Part shown: piece after piece, positions 28,663 to 37,725 of the stretch | Layout of the letters: the number at the start of each line of letters is the position of its first letter | Numbering within the stretch: position 1 is the first letter of the stretch | Assembly (NCBI GenBank): GCA_964543145.1 | Contig: CAZIWV010000020.1 | Location: forward strand, 2,802-66,801 | Source: an uncultured Pseudomonas sp. | Lineage (GTDB): Bacteria; Pseudomonadota; Gammaproteobacteria; Pseudomonadales; Pseudomonadaceae | Length of the DNA: 64,000 bases | Direction: 5' to 3' | Notes under the pieces: model-generated | The model's input: only the letters and a program-made list of their open reading frames with translations | Told to the model about the DNA's origin: nothing | Database searches by the model: none | Translations under genes and position numbers: made by a program

Positions 28663-28935
28663 TCCCCTCGCCCGCTAGCGGGAGAGGGTGCCCGAAGGGC
28701 GGGTGAGGGGCTTTTGCGTTTATCGGATACCGCGTCGGCCCCCGGCCCTCTCACTGGCCGCCGCCCCCGGCCTCAGCCTTAACGCGGTAGCTGGAAAATC
28801 CCCTCGCCCGTTTGCGGTCGCCCGGACAGGGGAGAGGGTGCCCGAAGGGCGGGAGAGGGGCTTTTGCTTTTAGCAGATACCGCGTCGGCCCCGGCCCTCT
28901 CCCCCGGCCCCTCTCCCGCAAGCGGGAGAGGGGAG
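28663..28935. repeat. REP-A composite cluster: ~135-bp composite unit duplicated in tandem plus a terminal REP-A palindrome
   Basis: Unit 1 at 28663-28755 and unit 2 at 28797-28905 share CCCCTCGCCCG..GGGAGAGGGTGCCCGAAGGGCGGG(T/A)GAGGGGCTTTTGC..GATACCGCGTCGGCCCC(C)GGCCCTCTC. Then CCCCTCTCCCGCAAGCGGGAGAGGGG at 28909-28934. Confidence 0.9.
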
Positions 28936-28953
28936 CACGGCCGTTGAGTTTGT

Positions 28954-28970
28954 TTCCACACACTCTCCAC
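28954..28970 (+). promoter_or_regulatory. Candidate CreB 'cre-tag'-like direct repeat upstream of creD
   Basis: TTCCAC-ACACTC-TCCAC. TCCAC repeats with 11-bp periodicity, resembling the E. coli cre tag TTCAC-N6-TTCAC. About 70 nt upstream of the creD start. Confidence 0.3.
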
Positions 28971-29040
28971 ATTCCCCCCATAAAACCCCCATCCGGCAAA
29001 CCCACACTCTCTCCATCCCACCCACATGGAGAGCATCGCG

Positions 29041-30420
29041 ATGAATCGCAGTCTGGGCATCAAACTCGGGGCTATCGGCCTCTTGATTATTCTGTTGTTA
29101 ATTCCCCTGCTTATGATCAATGGCTTGATCAGCGAGCGGCAGTCGGCGCGCGATGGCGTGCTGGATAACATCGCCCGCAGCTCTAGCTACAGCCAACAAA
29201 TCACCGGCCCGATTCTGGTGGTGCCGTACCGGCAAAAAATCCGCGAGTGGAAAGTCGCAGAGAAAACCGGCGTGCGTTATCAGGAAGAACGGCAGATCAG
29301 CAGCCGCCTGTATGTGCTGCCAGAGAGCTTTAGCCTGAACGGCGAAGTCGGCACCGAGCTGCGTGCCCGCGGCATTTACCAGGCGCGGCTGTTTAAAAGT
29401 GACAACCAAATCAGCGGCCATTTTGAAGTGCCGGCTAACTACGGCATTACCGAAGACCTGGCCGACTATCAATTTGACGAGCCCTTTCTGGCCGTTGGTA
29501 TCAGCGATATTCGCGGCATCAACAACGCCCTCAAGCTCGACCTCAATGGCCAGACGCTGGACTTTGAACCTGGCTTTGGCGACGACATGCTGGCCAACGG
29601 TGTACACGCGCCGCTGGGTAAGCTCGACAGCAGCCAGCTGATGAAGCTGAACTACGCCTTCAACCTGAAGCTGCAAGGCACTTCCAGCTTTAGCGTGGTG
29701 CCGGTCGGGCGCGACAGCCAAGTGCAGGTGCATTCCGATTGGCCGCACCCTAGCTTTATGGGCGAGTTTCTGCCCACCGAACGCGAGATTACCGAGCAGG
29801 GTTTTAACGCCACCTGGCAGACCAGTTTTTTCGCCACCAACATGGAGCAAGTGCTGCGCGAATGCGTGAATGTGTCCGGCTGCAGCAGCTTTGACGCGCG
29901 CACCTTTGGCGTGAGCTTTGTCGACCCGGTGGACCAGTACCTGAAAACCGACCGCGCGATTAAATACGCCATGTTGTTTATCGCCCTGACCTTTGCCGGT
30001 TTCTTCCTGATGGAAATCCTCAAGCGGTTGGCCGTGCACCCGGTGCAATACGGCTTGGTAGGTCTGGCGTTGGCCATGTTCTATCTGTTGCTGCTGTCGC
30101 TGTCCGAGCACTTGGACTTTGCCCTGGCCTATAGCGTGTCGGCCGCTGCTTGTGTGGCGCTGGTGGGGTTCTATGTGTGCCATGTGCTGCACAGCTGGGT
30201 GCGCGGCGCTGGTTTTACCCTTGGGTTGGGCGGCTTGTATGGCGTGCTCTACGTGCTCCTGAACGCAGAAGATTACGCGCTGCTGATGGGCTCGTTACTG
30301 GTGTTTGGCCTGCTCGCTTGCGTAATGCTGCTGACACGCAAACTGGATTGGTACGGCGTGGGCAAAACCCCGGCGCCGGAACCGCACCTGACCCTTGAAC
30401 CCGGCCTGTTGGGGGAGTAA
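29041..30420 (+). CDS. creD: Inner membrane protein CreD
   Basis: ATG 29041 is preferred (GGAG at 29028-31). N-terminal TM segment, a large periplasmic domain, then a C-terminal bundle of ~5 TM helices. Position after creBC. Confidence 0.85.
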   Translation: MNRSLGIKLGAIGLLIILLLIPLLMINGLISERQSARDGVLDNIARSSSYSQQITGPILVVPYRQKIREWKVAEKTGVRYQEERQISSRLYVLPESFSLNGEVGTELRARGIYQARLFKSDNQISGHFEVPANYGITEDLADYQFDEPFLAVGISDIRGINNALKLDLNGQTLDFEPGFGDDMLANGVHAPLGKLDSSQLMKLNYAFNLKLQGTSSFSVVPVGRDSQVQVHSDWPHPSFMGEFLPTEREITEQGFNATWQTSFFATNMEQVLRECVNVSGCSSFDARTFGVSFVDPVDQYLKTDRAIKYAMLFIALTFAGFFLMEILKRLAVHPVQYGLVGLALAMFYLLLLSLSEHLDFALAYSVSAAACVALVGFYVCHVLHSWVRGAGFTLGLGGLYGVLYVLLNAEDYALLMGSLLVFGLLACVMLLTRKLDWYGVGKTPAPEPHLTLEPGLLGE

Positions 30421-30425
30421 CCGCC

Positions 30426-30728
30426 ATGCGTATGCTCCTGCAACTGGGCGCCTGTTTTGCCCTGGGTTTATTCGTCGCTCTGCTGATTCTCGCCGGCCTG
30501 ATGTTTGCCCAACGCTTTGACCTGATCAACCTTATCGTCATCACCGGCAAGCCCCTGGCGCACCTCGCGCTGGTGGTGGTGCCGGAAGGCTTCTGGGTCA
30601 GCCTGACCGGCGCCCCGGACGCCGTAGACAACCCCTCGGTGCGCTCGTTTCTGCAAATGTGCACCGCCCTGGGCCAAGTCGCGCTGCTGGTCGGCGCCGG
30701 CTTATACCGTGTGAGCATGGCCAAATGA
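30426..30728 (+). CDS. Hypothetical small membrane protein (100 aa)
   Basis: Starts 5 nt after the creD stop. Three hydrophobic segments. No family recognised. Confidence 0.5.
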   Translation: MRMLLQLGACFALGLFVALLILAGLMFAQRFDLINLIVITGKPLAHLALVVVPEGFWVSLTGAPDAVDNPSVRSFLQMCTALGQVALLVGAGLYRVSMAK

Positions 30729-30798
30729 GTGGGCATGTGGGCTTGCGTGAAGATGCCCAGGTCGGGCATCGCTTGGCCGAGCAGATCGCAATGCTCTT

Positions 30799-30864
30799 TG
30801 TAGGGTGTGCTGCGCGCACCACGGGTCTTCTCGTTACCAGCCGGTGCGCACAGCACACCCTACG
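30799..30864. repeat. REP-B family hairpin doublet
   Basis: TGTAGGGTGTGCTGCGCGCACC..GGTGCGCACAGCACACCCTACG. It accounts for the spurious N-terminus of ORF 30805..31137. Confidence 0.9.
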
Positions 30865-30873
30865 GGCGGCGCC

Positions 30874-31137
30874 ATGGCGACGCTGAGGCAAAACGGCGAA
30901 CGTCTGTTGGGCTTTATGTGCGGCACCACCTTGGGCTATCTGGCAGCGCTGATGCTGAACAACGGCCTGCGCTCATGGCCGGTCAACGGCGTGATGATTT
31001 TCTTCGCCATCATCATGTTGCTGCTGCATGGCCCTGATTGGTGGCGGATGTTTCGCCGTGGCGGAGCGTTTTTGCGCCATGGCCTGGGCGCAGGTTTGCT
31101 GCTGATGGGGGCGCTATGGCTGCTGTACTTTCGCTGA
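30874..31137 (+). CDS. Hypothetical small membrane protein (87 aa)
   Basis: ATG 30874 lies just after the REP. Three hydrophobic helices. Its stop TGA shares one nt with the next ATG (TGATG at 31135-31139). Confidence 0.45.
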   Translation: MATLRQNGERLLGFMCGTTLGYLAALMLNNGLRSWPVNGVMIFFAIIMLLLHGPDWWRMFRRGGAFLRHGLGAGLLLMGALWLLYFR

Positions 31138-31646
31138 TGACGGCCGTGGGCCAAGTGCTGAATGTTCTGCGGGTGCTGGTGTTACTGAAGCTGTGGCTGA
31201 TTTTGCTGGTGTACATAGCCTACAAAATGAGTGAACGACCCTTTATGTTTCGTGCGCTGCCGGCCGCTGTTGAGGTGCAGGGAGTGGAGTGGATTGCCGG
31301 TGACAGTGGTCTGCGTGAGGGCTGTGGCGTGGCGATTTTTCGTCTTGCCCCGAGCATGCAGCAACGGCTGCAAGTACGCGGCCTGGCCGCGCTGGATGGC
31401 GCCAGCCAGGCTCGCGGCTATAGCGAGGCCTACTACCACTACGAACCGTGGCAAGCGACACCGGTGCTGAATAACCTCGGGTCCGATGGCTGGTTAGCGC
31501 TGTCCTGCGGCGACCTTCCGCAGGCGTTGGAGCAGCGCATTAACAACGCGCTGGAGCAGCCCGGCAGCTATTTCGCCCGCAAAGATGAGGGCGTGCTGCT
31601 GGTGCTGCCAGCAGAGGGCTTGGTGGTGTATGGCTACAACGGCTAA
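31137..31646 (+). CDS. Hypothetical protein with one N-terminal TM helix (169 aa)
   Basis: ATG 31137 is coupled to the upstream stop. TM segment VLNVLRVLVLLKLWLILLVYIAY followed by a ~135-aa soluble domain. No family recognised. Alternative start at 31116. Confidence 0.5.
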   Translation: MTAVGQVLNVLRVLVLLKLWLILLVYIAYKMSERPFMFRALPAAVEVQGVEWIAGDSGLREGCGVAIFRLAPSMQQRLQVRGLAALDGASQARGYSEAYYHYEPWQATPVLNNLGSDGWLALSCGDLPQALEQRINNALEQPGSYFARKDEGVLLVLPAEGLVVYGYNG

Positions 31647-31649
31647 GGC

Positions 31650-32279
31650 TCAAACCGGCGGCTGCGTCGCTAACATCGACGGCCGCTGACTTACCTCGGC
31701 ATACCAGGTCGCCAGCTGTGGAAACTGCTCGCGCCAGGCTAAGTTGGGTTGGCGGAAGTCCAGGTAACCCAGGGCGCAAGCGACACCAATGGAGGCCACA
31801 TCAAAGCGGCTGGCCAGCTCGGCGCTGGCCGCTTCTTCAAACTCGCCCAAGGCGCGGATGATTTTCGCCTGTTGGCCATCGAGCCAATCGGCCCAGTGTT
31901 TTTCTTCCGGGCGGGAGAAGGTTTCGTAGCGAATCAGCAGTGCGGCATCGAGCAGGGCGTCGGCCAGCGAGGCCAGGGTCAGACGCCGCCAGCGGCTGGC
32001 GCCATCGCGGGGAATAAGCGGTTCGCCAACATGCTGGTGGTCGATGTAGTCGACGATCACCCGGCTGTCATGCAGCAGTGCGCCATCGGCTAAGCGCAGG
32101 GCTGGGATTTTACCGGCGGGGTTGCTGGCGTTCACCAGCGCGTTGGGGCTGGTAGGGCTGAGGGCTACGGTTTCCAGAGTTACGCGGTCGAGTTGGCCGG
32201 TTTCGTGGAGAAACACCATTACCTTGCGCACGTAAGGTGAGGCGGTGTTGTGGAACAGGGTCATGGTGGCGGTGGACAT
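31650..32279 (-). CDS. Glutathione S-transferase family protein
   Basis: GST N-terminus MTLFHNTASPYVRKVMVFLHETG.., GKIPAL, and a helical C-domain. Start ambiguous between 32279 (MSTATM..) and 32264 (MTLF..). Confidence 0.8.
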   Translation of the reverse strand: MSTATMTLFHNTASPYVRKVMVFLHETGQLDRVTLETVALSPTSPNALVNASNPAGKIPALRLADGALLHDSRVIVDYIDHQHVGEPLIPRDGASRWRRLTLASLADALLDAALLIRYETFSRPEEKHWADWLDGQQAKIIRALGEFEEAASAELASRFDVASIGVACALGYLDFRQPNLAWREQFPQLATWYAEVSQRPSMLATQPPV

Positions 32280-32347
32280 CAGCAGTTCTCGGCTGGGGGC
32301 AGTGGCCATAACCCTACAGGGCGAGGCCGGCTGCGCAAAGGGGCAGG

Positions 32348-33058
32348 TTACAGCGACGGCCGTTGTTGCCGGCGTTGCCAACGGGATAAGGCGTCTGCCA
32401 GTGCTGCGGGGGTTTCCAGCCCTTGTTTGCGTGCGCGACTAAATAGAATCAGCGCCAGCTCGGCGGTTACCAAGGCATCGGCGCTGGCGTGGTGGCGTTG
32501 TTGCACCTGCAGGCCGAAATGCGCGGTCCAGTCGTCCAGCCCGGCTTGGCGCAAGGTCACTTCCGGGCACAGCAGCGGGGCCAGATCGGCCACGTCGAGA
32601 AAACGATGCTCCAGCTTGTAGCCGAGCTCGTCCTTAAGCGCTTTGCCGAGCATGTGTTGGTCGAAGGGCGCATGAAAGGCCAGGATTGGGCTATCGCCGA
32701 CAAAGCGCATAAACGCCAACAATGCTTCGGTCGGCGCCACACCAGCGGCCAATTCGCTGGGGGCTATCCCGTGGATCAACACACTGGCACTGACTTTCTG
32801 CGCACTGCGCTGCAGGGTGCATTCGAACTGCTGCGCCAGGTCGATGGCGCCGTCTGCAATTACCACCGCGCCAATCGACAGCAACTGATCGCGCTGCATA
32901 TTCAGCCCGCTGGTTTCCAAATCGAGCACCACAAAACGTTGCTCGCGCAGCGGCAACTCGCTCCACGGGCCGGGCTTGGGCAGTTGTTCGCAGGCGCGGG
33001 TCAGTTCTGCATCGGGTGCTGGCGCTGCGCTGCGCCGCAGCCAATCAAACGGCCTCAC
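32348..33058 (-). CDS. DEDDh 3'-5' exonuclease (DNA polymerase III epsilon-like)
   Basis: GTG start overlaps the upstream TGA (GTGA at 33055-33058). Exo I FVVLDLETSGL, Exo II ILAFHAPFDQHML, Exo III HHASADALVTAE. Confidence 0.85.
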   Translation of the reverse strand: MRPFDWLRRSAAPAPDAELTRACEQLPKPGPWSELPLREQRFVVLDLETSGLNMQRDQLLSIGAVVIADGAIDLAQQFECTLQRSAQKVSASVLIHGIAPSELAAGVAPTEALLAFMRFVGDSPILAFHAPFDQHMLGKALKDELGYKLEHRFLDVADLAPLLCPEVTLRQAGLDDWTAHFGLQVQQRHHASADALVTAELALILFSRARKQGLETPAALADALSRWQRRQQRPSL

Positions 33059-34989
33059 AATTGATACCTAAGGGCCAAGCTGCTTTGCAGCCGCTGCGCC
33101 TGGCGAAACGACTCGCGCAAAATGCGCCGGTCCAGGTGGTTCAGGCTGTCCGGGTCGAGGCGGTTGGAGTAACGCTGTTGCAGGCGCGCTTGCTGCTGGT
33201 GCTGCTGCATACGGGTTTGCTGGATAAAGTGATAGGCCTCTTCATAGGCGGCGCCATCGAGTGGATCAATCACCTCCTTGGCGATCAATTCACGCAGGCG
33301 CTGCAAGGTATTGCCGGCGCTGATGCCATGGGCCAAAGCGAGTAAACGGGCGCCGTCGACAAAGGGCGTCAAGCCCTGCACTTTCAAATCGAGGGTATGT
33401 TTTTCACTGCCACTGCGGGCCACCACAAAATCACGGAAACGCCCCACTGGCGGGCGATTGCGCAAGGCATTGGCGGCCATCAACCGCTGGAAGATCTGGT
33501 TGTCCGCCACCTCCACGAGAATCTGCTGACGCAGGTGCTCGCAGCCTTCCACCGGCCCCCATACCGCACGCAGGTCGAAGTAGATGCTGGAGCCAAGCAA
33601 ATTTTCCGGGCTGGCATCGCGAATAAAGCTGCTAAAGCGCCGCGACCATTCCAGCCGCGACAAACACAGCTGCGGGTTGCTGGCCATGATGCCGCCCTTG
33701 CACAGGCTAAAGCCGCATTTATCCAGGCTGTGGTTAATGCGCTCGGCCAAGGGCAGTAGCTTGCCGCGCTTGAGTGCGGCATCGGCGGCATCGCTGGCCT
33801 CGAACAACATGCCGTTGTCCTGGTCGGTATGCAGCGTTTGCTCGCGGCGGCCTTCGCTGCCAAAACACAGCCAGGTAAACGGCACGCCCGGGTCGCCCAG
33901 TTGTTCAATGCTGAGCTCGATCACGCGGCTGACGGTGTGGTCGTTGAGCAGGGTGATGATCTGGGTGATCTGCGTCGACGACGCGCCATGGGCGAGCATG
34001 CGTTCGACCAGTTGATGAATGTCGCTGCGCAGCGCCACCAGGGTTTCCAGCTTATTGGCGTGGCTGATGGTGCGCGCCAAGTGCACCAGGTCGACCCGTT
34101 GCAGGGAAAACAGATCGCGCTCGGACACCACGCCGCGCAGTTGCCCATCTTCCACCAGGCAGACATGGGCGATATGCCGTTCAGTCATGGCGATGGCGGC
34201 ATCAAACGCGCTGGCCACGGGCGGTAAGTAAAACGGCGTGGCGATCATCACGCTGGCAATCGGCGCGCTGAGGTTTTCGGCGCCAGCCGCCACCACCGAG
34301 CGCAGGTCGCGCAGGGTAAAAATCCCGGTCGGTCGATTGCCGTCGTCGACAATCACAATGCTGCCCACCTGCTGCTCGTGCATCAGCCGCACGGCGGCAC
34401 TGATCGGCGTGTCGGCGCTGCAGGTCACTGGCTGGCGCATGGCCAATTCGCGCAGCGGCGTATCCAGCGAATACTGCGCGCCGAGGGTGGCCACGGCCTG
34501 GCGTTGCACTTGCTGATTGACCTGATCGAGCAGGCTGCTGACCCCACGCAGGGCAAAGTCACGGAAAGGCGCCGACAGGGCAAACACTTTGATAAAGGCC
34601 TCTTTGGCCAGCAGCAAGCAGAAGGTGTCTTCACCGGCTAAATGCTCGGTGCGCGTGGCCCGTTCACCCAGCAACGCCGCCAAGGGAAAGCACTCGCCGG
34701 TGGTGATCTCAAAGGTGGTTTCCGTACCGCGCCGCGCCGAGTGCGGTCGCTCACCGACCACCAGGCCCTGCTTAACGATATAGAAATGCTGCACCGGCCC
34801 GCCGCTGGGCTTGAGAATGCTCTCGCCGGCGCCATAAAAACGCAGCTGGCAATGCTCCAGCAGATAGCCCAAATGGGCGTTTTCCATCTGATTAAACGGC
34901 GGAAACTTCTGCAAAAACTCCATCAAGCCATGGATGTTCTGCTGCACCGCCGCCTTGCCCGCCTGGGCGAATTCATTGGCCTTGCTCAT
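33055..34989 (-). CDS. cNMP-binding / tandem CBS / DUF294-type putative nucleotidyltransferase signal protein
   Basis: Start at M59 (MSKANEF..). The upstream part of the ORF runs through a REP-B hairpin. N-terminal cyclic-nucleotide-binding-like fold, two CBS motifs (GIFTLRDL, GVVSERDL), pol-beta-type NTase motif CFGSEGRREQTLHTDQDNGMLF, and a C-terminal helical DUF294_C-like region. Confidence 0.8.
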   Translation of the reverse strand: MSKANEFAQAGKAAVQQNIHGLMEFLQKFPPFNQMENAHLGYLLEHCQLRFYGAGESILKPSGGPVQHFYIVKQGLVVGERPHSARRGTETTFEITTGECFPLAALLGERATRTEHLAGEDTFCLLLAKEAFIKVFALSAPFRDFALRGVSSLLDQVNQQVQRQAVATLGAQYSLDTPLRELAMRQPVTCSADTPISAAVRLMHEQQVGSIVIVDDGNRPTGIFTLRDLRSVVAAGAENLSAPIASVMIATPFYLPPVASAFDAAIAMTERHIAHVCLVEDGQLRGVVSERDLFSLQRVDLVHLARTISHANKLETLVALRSDIHQLVERMLAHGASSTQITQIITLLNDHTVSRVIELSIEQLGDPGVPFTWLCFGSEGRREQTLHTDQDNGMLFEASDAADAALKRGKLLPLAERINHSLDKCGFSLCKGGIMASNPQLCLSRLEWSRRFSSFIRDASPENLLGSSIYFDLRAVWGPVEGCEHLRQQILVEVADNQIFQRLMAANALRNRPPVGRFRDFVVARSGSEKHTLDLKVQGLTPFVDGARLLALAHGISAGNTLQRLRELIAKEVIDPLDGAAYEEAYHFIQQTRMQQHQQQARLQQRYSNRLDPDSLNHLDRRILRESFRQAQRLQSSLALRYQL

Positions 34990-35102
34990 CGTGCTGATCC
35001 GGACCTTGAGCCCTGAATTTATTTGAGGCCCATGGTCGGGGAGATCCAGGCTAGGGCACATGAGACCTAAGTCTAGTCCGGCGCATGCGCCGCGCCGCTG
35101 CT

Positions 35103-35169
35103 TGTAGGGTGTGCTGTGCGCACCTAGCGATTTATCGGTGATCCGCTGGTGCGCACAGCGCACCCTACA
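35103..35169. repeat. REP-B family hairpin doublet
   Basis: TGTAGGGTGTGCTGTGCGCACCTAGCGATTTAT..GGTGCGCACAGCGCACCCTACA. Confidence 0.9.
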
Positions 35170-35183
35170 AAGTGCAGAGGCAT

Positions 35184-35213
35184 AAAAAAACCGCCCCGGA
35201 GGGCGGTTTTTTC
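35184..35213 (-). terminator. Rho-independent terminator after glcB (A/T runs on both sides)
   Basis: AAAAAAA-CCGCCC-CGGA-GGGCGG-TTTTTT. Confidence 0.9.
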
Positions 35214-35231
35214 TGTCCAGCGCGGTGCGAA

Positions 35232-37409
35232 TTACAGGCCGTTTTTGGCTTTGAATTCACGACGACGACGGTGCAGAACCGGCTCGGTGTAGCCGTTCGG
35301 TTGCTTGGCGCCTTCGATCACCAGTTCCAGGGCGGCCTGGAAGGCGATGTTGCTGTCGAAGTCGGGAGCAAGCGGACGGTACAGCGGGTCGTTGGCGTTT
35401 TGACGGTCCACGACCGGTGCCATGCGTTTCAGGCTGGCGACGATTTGCTCTTCGCTGGCAATGCCATGACGCAACCAGTTGGCCAACAGTTGGCTGGAAA
35501 TGCGCAGGGTAGCGCGGTCTTCCATCAGGCCTACGTCGTTGATGTCTGGCACCTTGGAGCAGCCGACGCCTTGGTCAATCCAACGTACGACGTAACCAAG
35601 AATGCCCTGGGAGTTGTTGTCCAGTTCGTTCTGGATTTCTTCAGCCGACCAGTTGGTGTTAGCCGCCAACGGAATGCTGAGGATGTCGTCGATGGATGCG
35701 CGTGCACGCTTGGCCAACTCGGCCTGACGGGCGAACACATCAACCTTGTGGTAATGCAGGGCGTGCAGAGCGGCCGCAGTAGGCGACGGTACCCACGCGG
35801 TGTTGGCGCCAGCCAGCGGGTGAGCGATTTTCTGCTCAAGCATGCCGGCCATCAGGTCGGGCATGGCCCACATGCCTTTACCAATTTGCGCGCGACCTTG
35901 CAGGCCGGTGGCCAGGCCAATATCGACGTTCCAGTTCTCGTAGGCGGCAATCCACTTCTCAGCTTTCATGGCCGCTTTACGCACCACGGCGCCAGCTTCC
36001 ATGGAGGTGTGGATTTCATCGCCAGTGCGGTCGAGGAAGCCGGTGTTGATAAACACCACACGCTCGCTGGCGGCTTTGATGCACGCCTTGAGGTTGACGG
36101 TGGTGCGGCGCTCTTCGTCCATGATGCCGACTTTCAGGGTGTTGCGCGCCAAGCCCAGTACGTCTTCAACGCGGCTGAAGATTTCGCTGGTGAAAGCGAC
36201 TTCTTCCGGACCGTGCATTTTTGGCTTCACGATGTACACCGAGCCGGTACGGGTGTTTTTGCGGCTGGTGTTGCCGTTGAGGTTGTGCACCGCGATCAGG
36301 CTGGTGAACAGCGCGTCCTGAATACCTTCCGGCACTTCGTTGCCGTGGGCATCGAGAATCGCCGGGTTGGTCATCAGGTGACCAACGTTACGCACAAACA
36401 ACAGGCTGCGACCGTGTAGGGTCAGCTCGCTGCCGTCGGTCTTGGTATAGACGCGATCCGGGTTCATGGTGCGGGTAAAGGTGGTGCCACCTTTGGCCAC
36501 TTCTTCGGCCAGGTCGCCCTTCATCAGGCCGAGCCAGTTGCGGTAGATGATGGTTTTGTCATCGGCATCTACAGCGGCTACGGAATCTTCGCAGTCCATG
36601 ATGGTGGTCAGCGCGGCTTCCATCAGCACGTCTTTAACGCCGGCGGCATCGGTCTGGCCGATAGGGCTGGCGGCGTCGATCTGGATTTCGAAGTGCAGGC
36701 CGTTGTGCTTGAGCAGCACGGCCACCGGCGCGTTAGCCGGGCCTTGGAAGCCGATCAGTTGCGCATCGTCGCGCAGGCCGGTGTTGCTGCCGCCTTTAAG
36801 GCCGACCACCAGTTTGCCGTCGATGATTTTGTACGCGGTGGAATCAACGTGGGAGCCAGCAGCCAATGGCGCGGCTTCGTCAAGGAAGGCGCGGGCGAAG
36901 GCGATAACCTTGTCACCACGAACCTTGTTGTAACCCTTGCCTTTCTCGGCGCCGCCTTCCTCGCTGATCGCATCGGTGCCGTACAGGGCATCGTACAGCG
37001 AACCCCAGCGGGCGTTGGAGGCGTTAAGGGCGAAACGGGCGTTCATCACCGGCACTACCAGCTGTGGGCCGGCCATGTGGGCGATTTCTTCGTCAACGTT
37101 TTGGGTAGTGGCTTGGAAATCTGCGACTTCTGGCAGCAGGTAACCAATTTCAGTCAGGAAGGCTTTGTAAGCCACGGCGTCATGCGCCTGGCCAGCACGT
37201 GCTTGGTGCCAGGCGTCGATTTTGGCCTGGAAGTCGTCACGTTTGGCGAGTAGTGCTTTGTTCTTCGGTGCAAGGTCATTAATGACGCTTTGCGCACCTC
37301 TCCAGAACTGCTCGGCAGAAATCCCGGTACCGGGGATGGCTTCGTTGTTTACGAAGTCGAACAGGACTTTGGCGACCTGCAGGCCACCGACTTGAACGCG
37401 CTCAGTCAT
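35232..37409 (-). CDS. glcB: Malate synthase G
   Basis: 725-aa ORF. N-terminus [30 protein letters not shown] and overall length are typical of GlcB. Confidence 0.95.
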   Translation of the reverse strand: MTERVQVGGLQVAKVLFDFVNNEAIPGTGISAEQFWRGAQSVINDLAPKNKALLAKRDDFQAKIDAWHQARAGQAHDAVAYKAFLTEIGYLLPEVADFQATTQNVDEEIAHMAGPQLVVPVMNARFALNASNARWGSLYDALYGTDAISEEGGAEKGKGYNKVRGDKVIAFARAFLDEAAPLAAGSHVDSTAYKIIDGKLVVGLKGGSNTGLRDDAQLIGFQGPANAPVAVLLKHNGLHFEIQIDAASPIGQTDAAGVKDVLMEAALTTIMDCEDSVAAVDADDKTIIYRNWLGLMKGDLAEEVAKGGTTFTRTMNPDRVYTKTDGSELTLHGRSLLFVRNVGHLMTNPAILDAHGNEVPEGIQDALFTSLIAVHNLNGNTSRKNTRTGSVYIVKPKMHGPEEVAFTSEIFSRVEDVLGLARNTLKVGIMDEERRTTVNLKACIKAASERVVFINTGFLDRTGDEIHTSMEAGAVVRKAAMKAEKWIAAYENWNVDIGLATGLQGRAQIGKGMWAMPDLMAGMLEQKIAHPLAGANTAWVPSPTAAALHALHYHKVDVFARQAELAKRARASIDDILSIPLAANTNWSAEEIQNELDNNSQGILGYVVRWIDQGVGCSKVPDINDVGLMEDRATLRISSQLLANWLRHGIASEEQIVASLKRMAPVVDRQNANDPLYRPLAPDFDSNIAFQAALELVIEGAKQPNGYTEPVLHRRRREFKAKNGL

Positions 37410-37725
37410 TACTTGCCTCTCTGCTCAGCTCTTAGCTGTACTCAATAGCTCACTGCGGATAGCCCTTACGGACTGGGCGTTAGCCGTCTTGTAGTCCGTG
37501 GCGCGGCATACTACATCATGATCGGGGGAAAATCAGCGGGCGCGCGTCGAACCGCGACTGGGCCGGGGATTGGCGGTCACAACGAGGGCGCGGATGTTCT
37601 CAAAAAACAGGGGTTTTGTTCCAGAAAAATCTGCATTTGGTACACGATTTTGTAGTGTTACTACCTGGCAGCAGCCAATAAAGGCTTGTGCCTATACTGC
37701 CGCAACCCCACATGGAGTGCCGTAC

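Noticed and set aside
28663-28935. Possible CRISPR array, because of repeated GC-rich palindromes with intervening sequence.
   Set aside because: There are only two composite units of irregular length. The same palindromes are scattered singly across the window (REP behaviour), there are no unique spacers of constant size, and there is no leader or cas gene.
29113-29128. Perfect palindrome GATCAA-TGGC-TTGATC, considered as an Anr/Dnr (FNR-type) box.
   Set aside because: The half-site order is inverted relative to TTGAT-N4-ATCAA, and the site lies inside the creD coding region (..LLMINGLISE..).
35016-35163. Upstream ORF-track starts for several genes (e.g. 35163, 30805, 41549, 57943, 16668, 21678, 50948).
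   Set aside because: The extended N-termini read through REP hairpins, terminators or the preceding gene, and lack SD sequences. Internal ATG/GTG codons with SD-like motifs give N-termini typical of the respective families.
37637-37655. TGGTAC-N5-TTTGT sigma-54-like sequence in the glcB/GNAT divergent region.
   Set aside because: Both the -24 and -12 elements deviate (no GC at -12). There is no supporting context.
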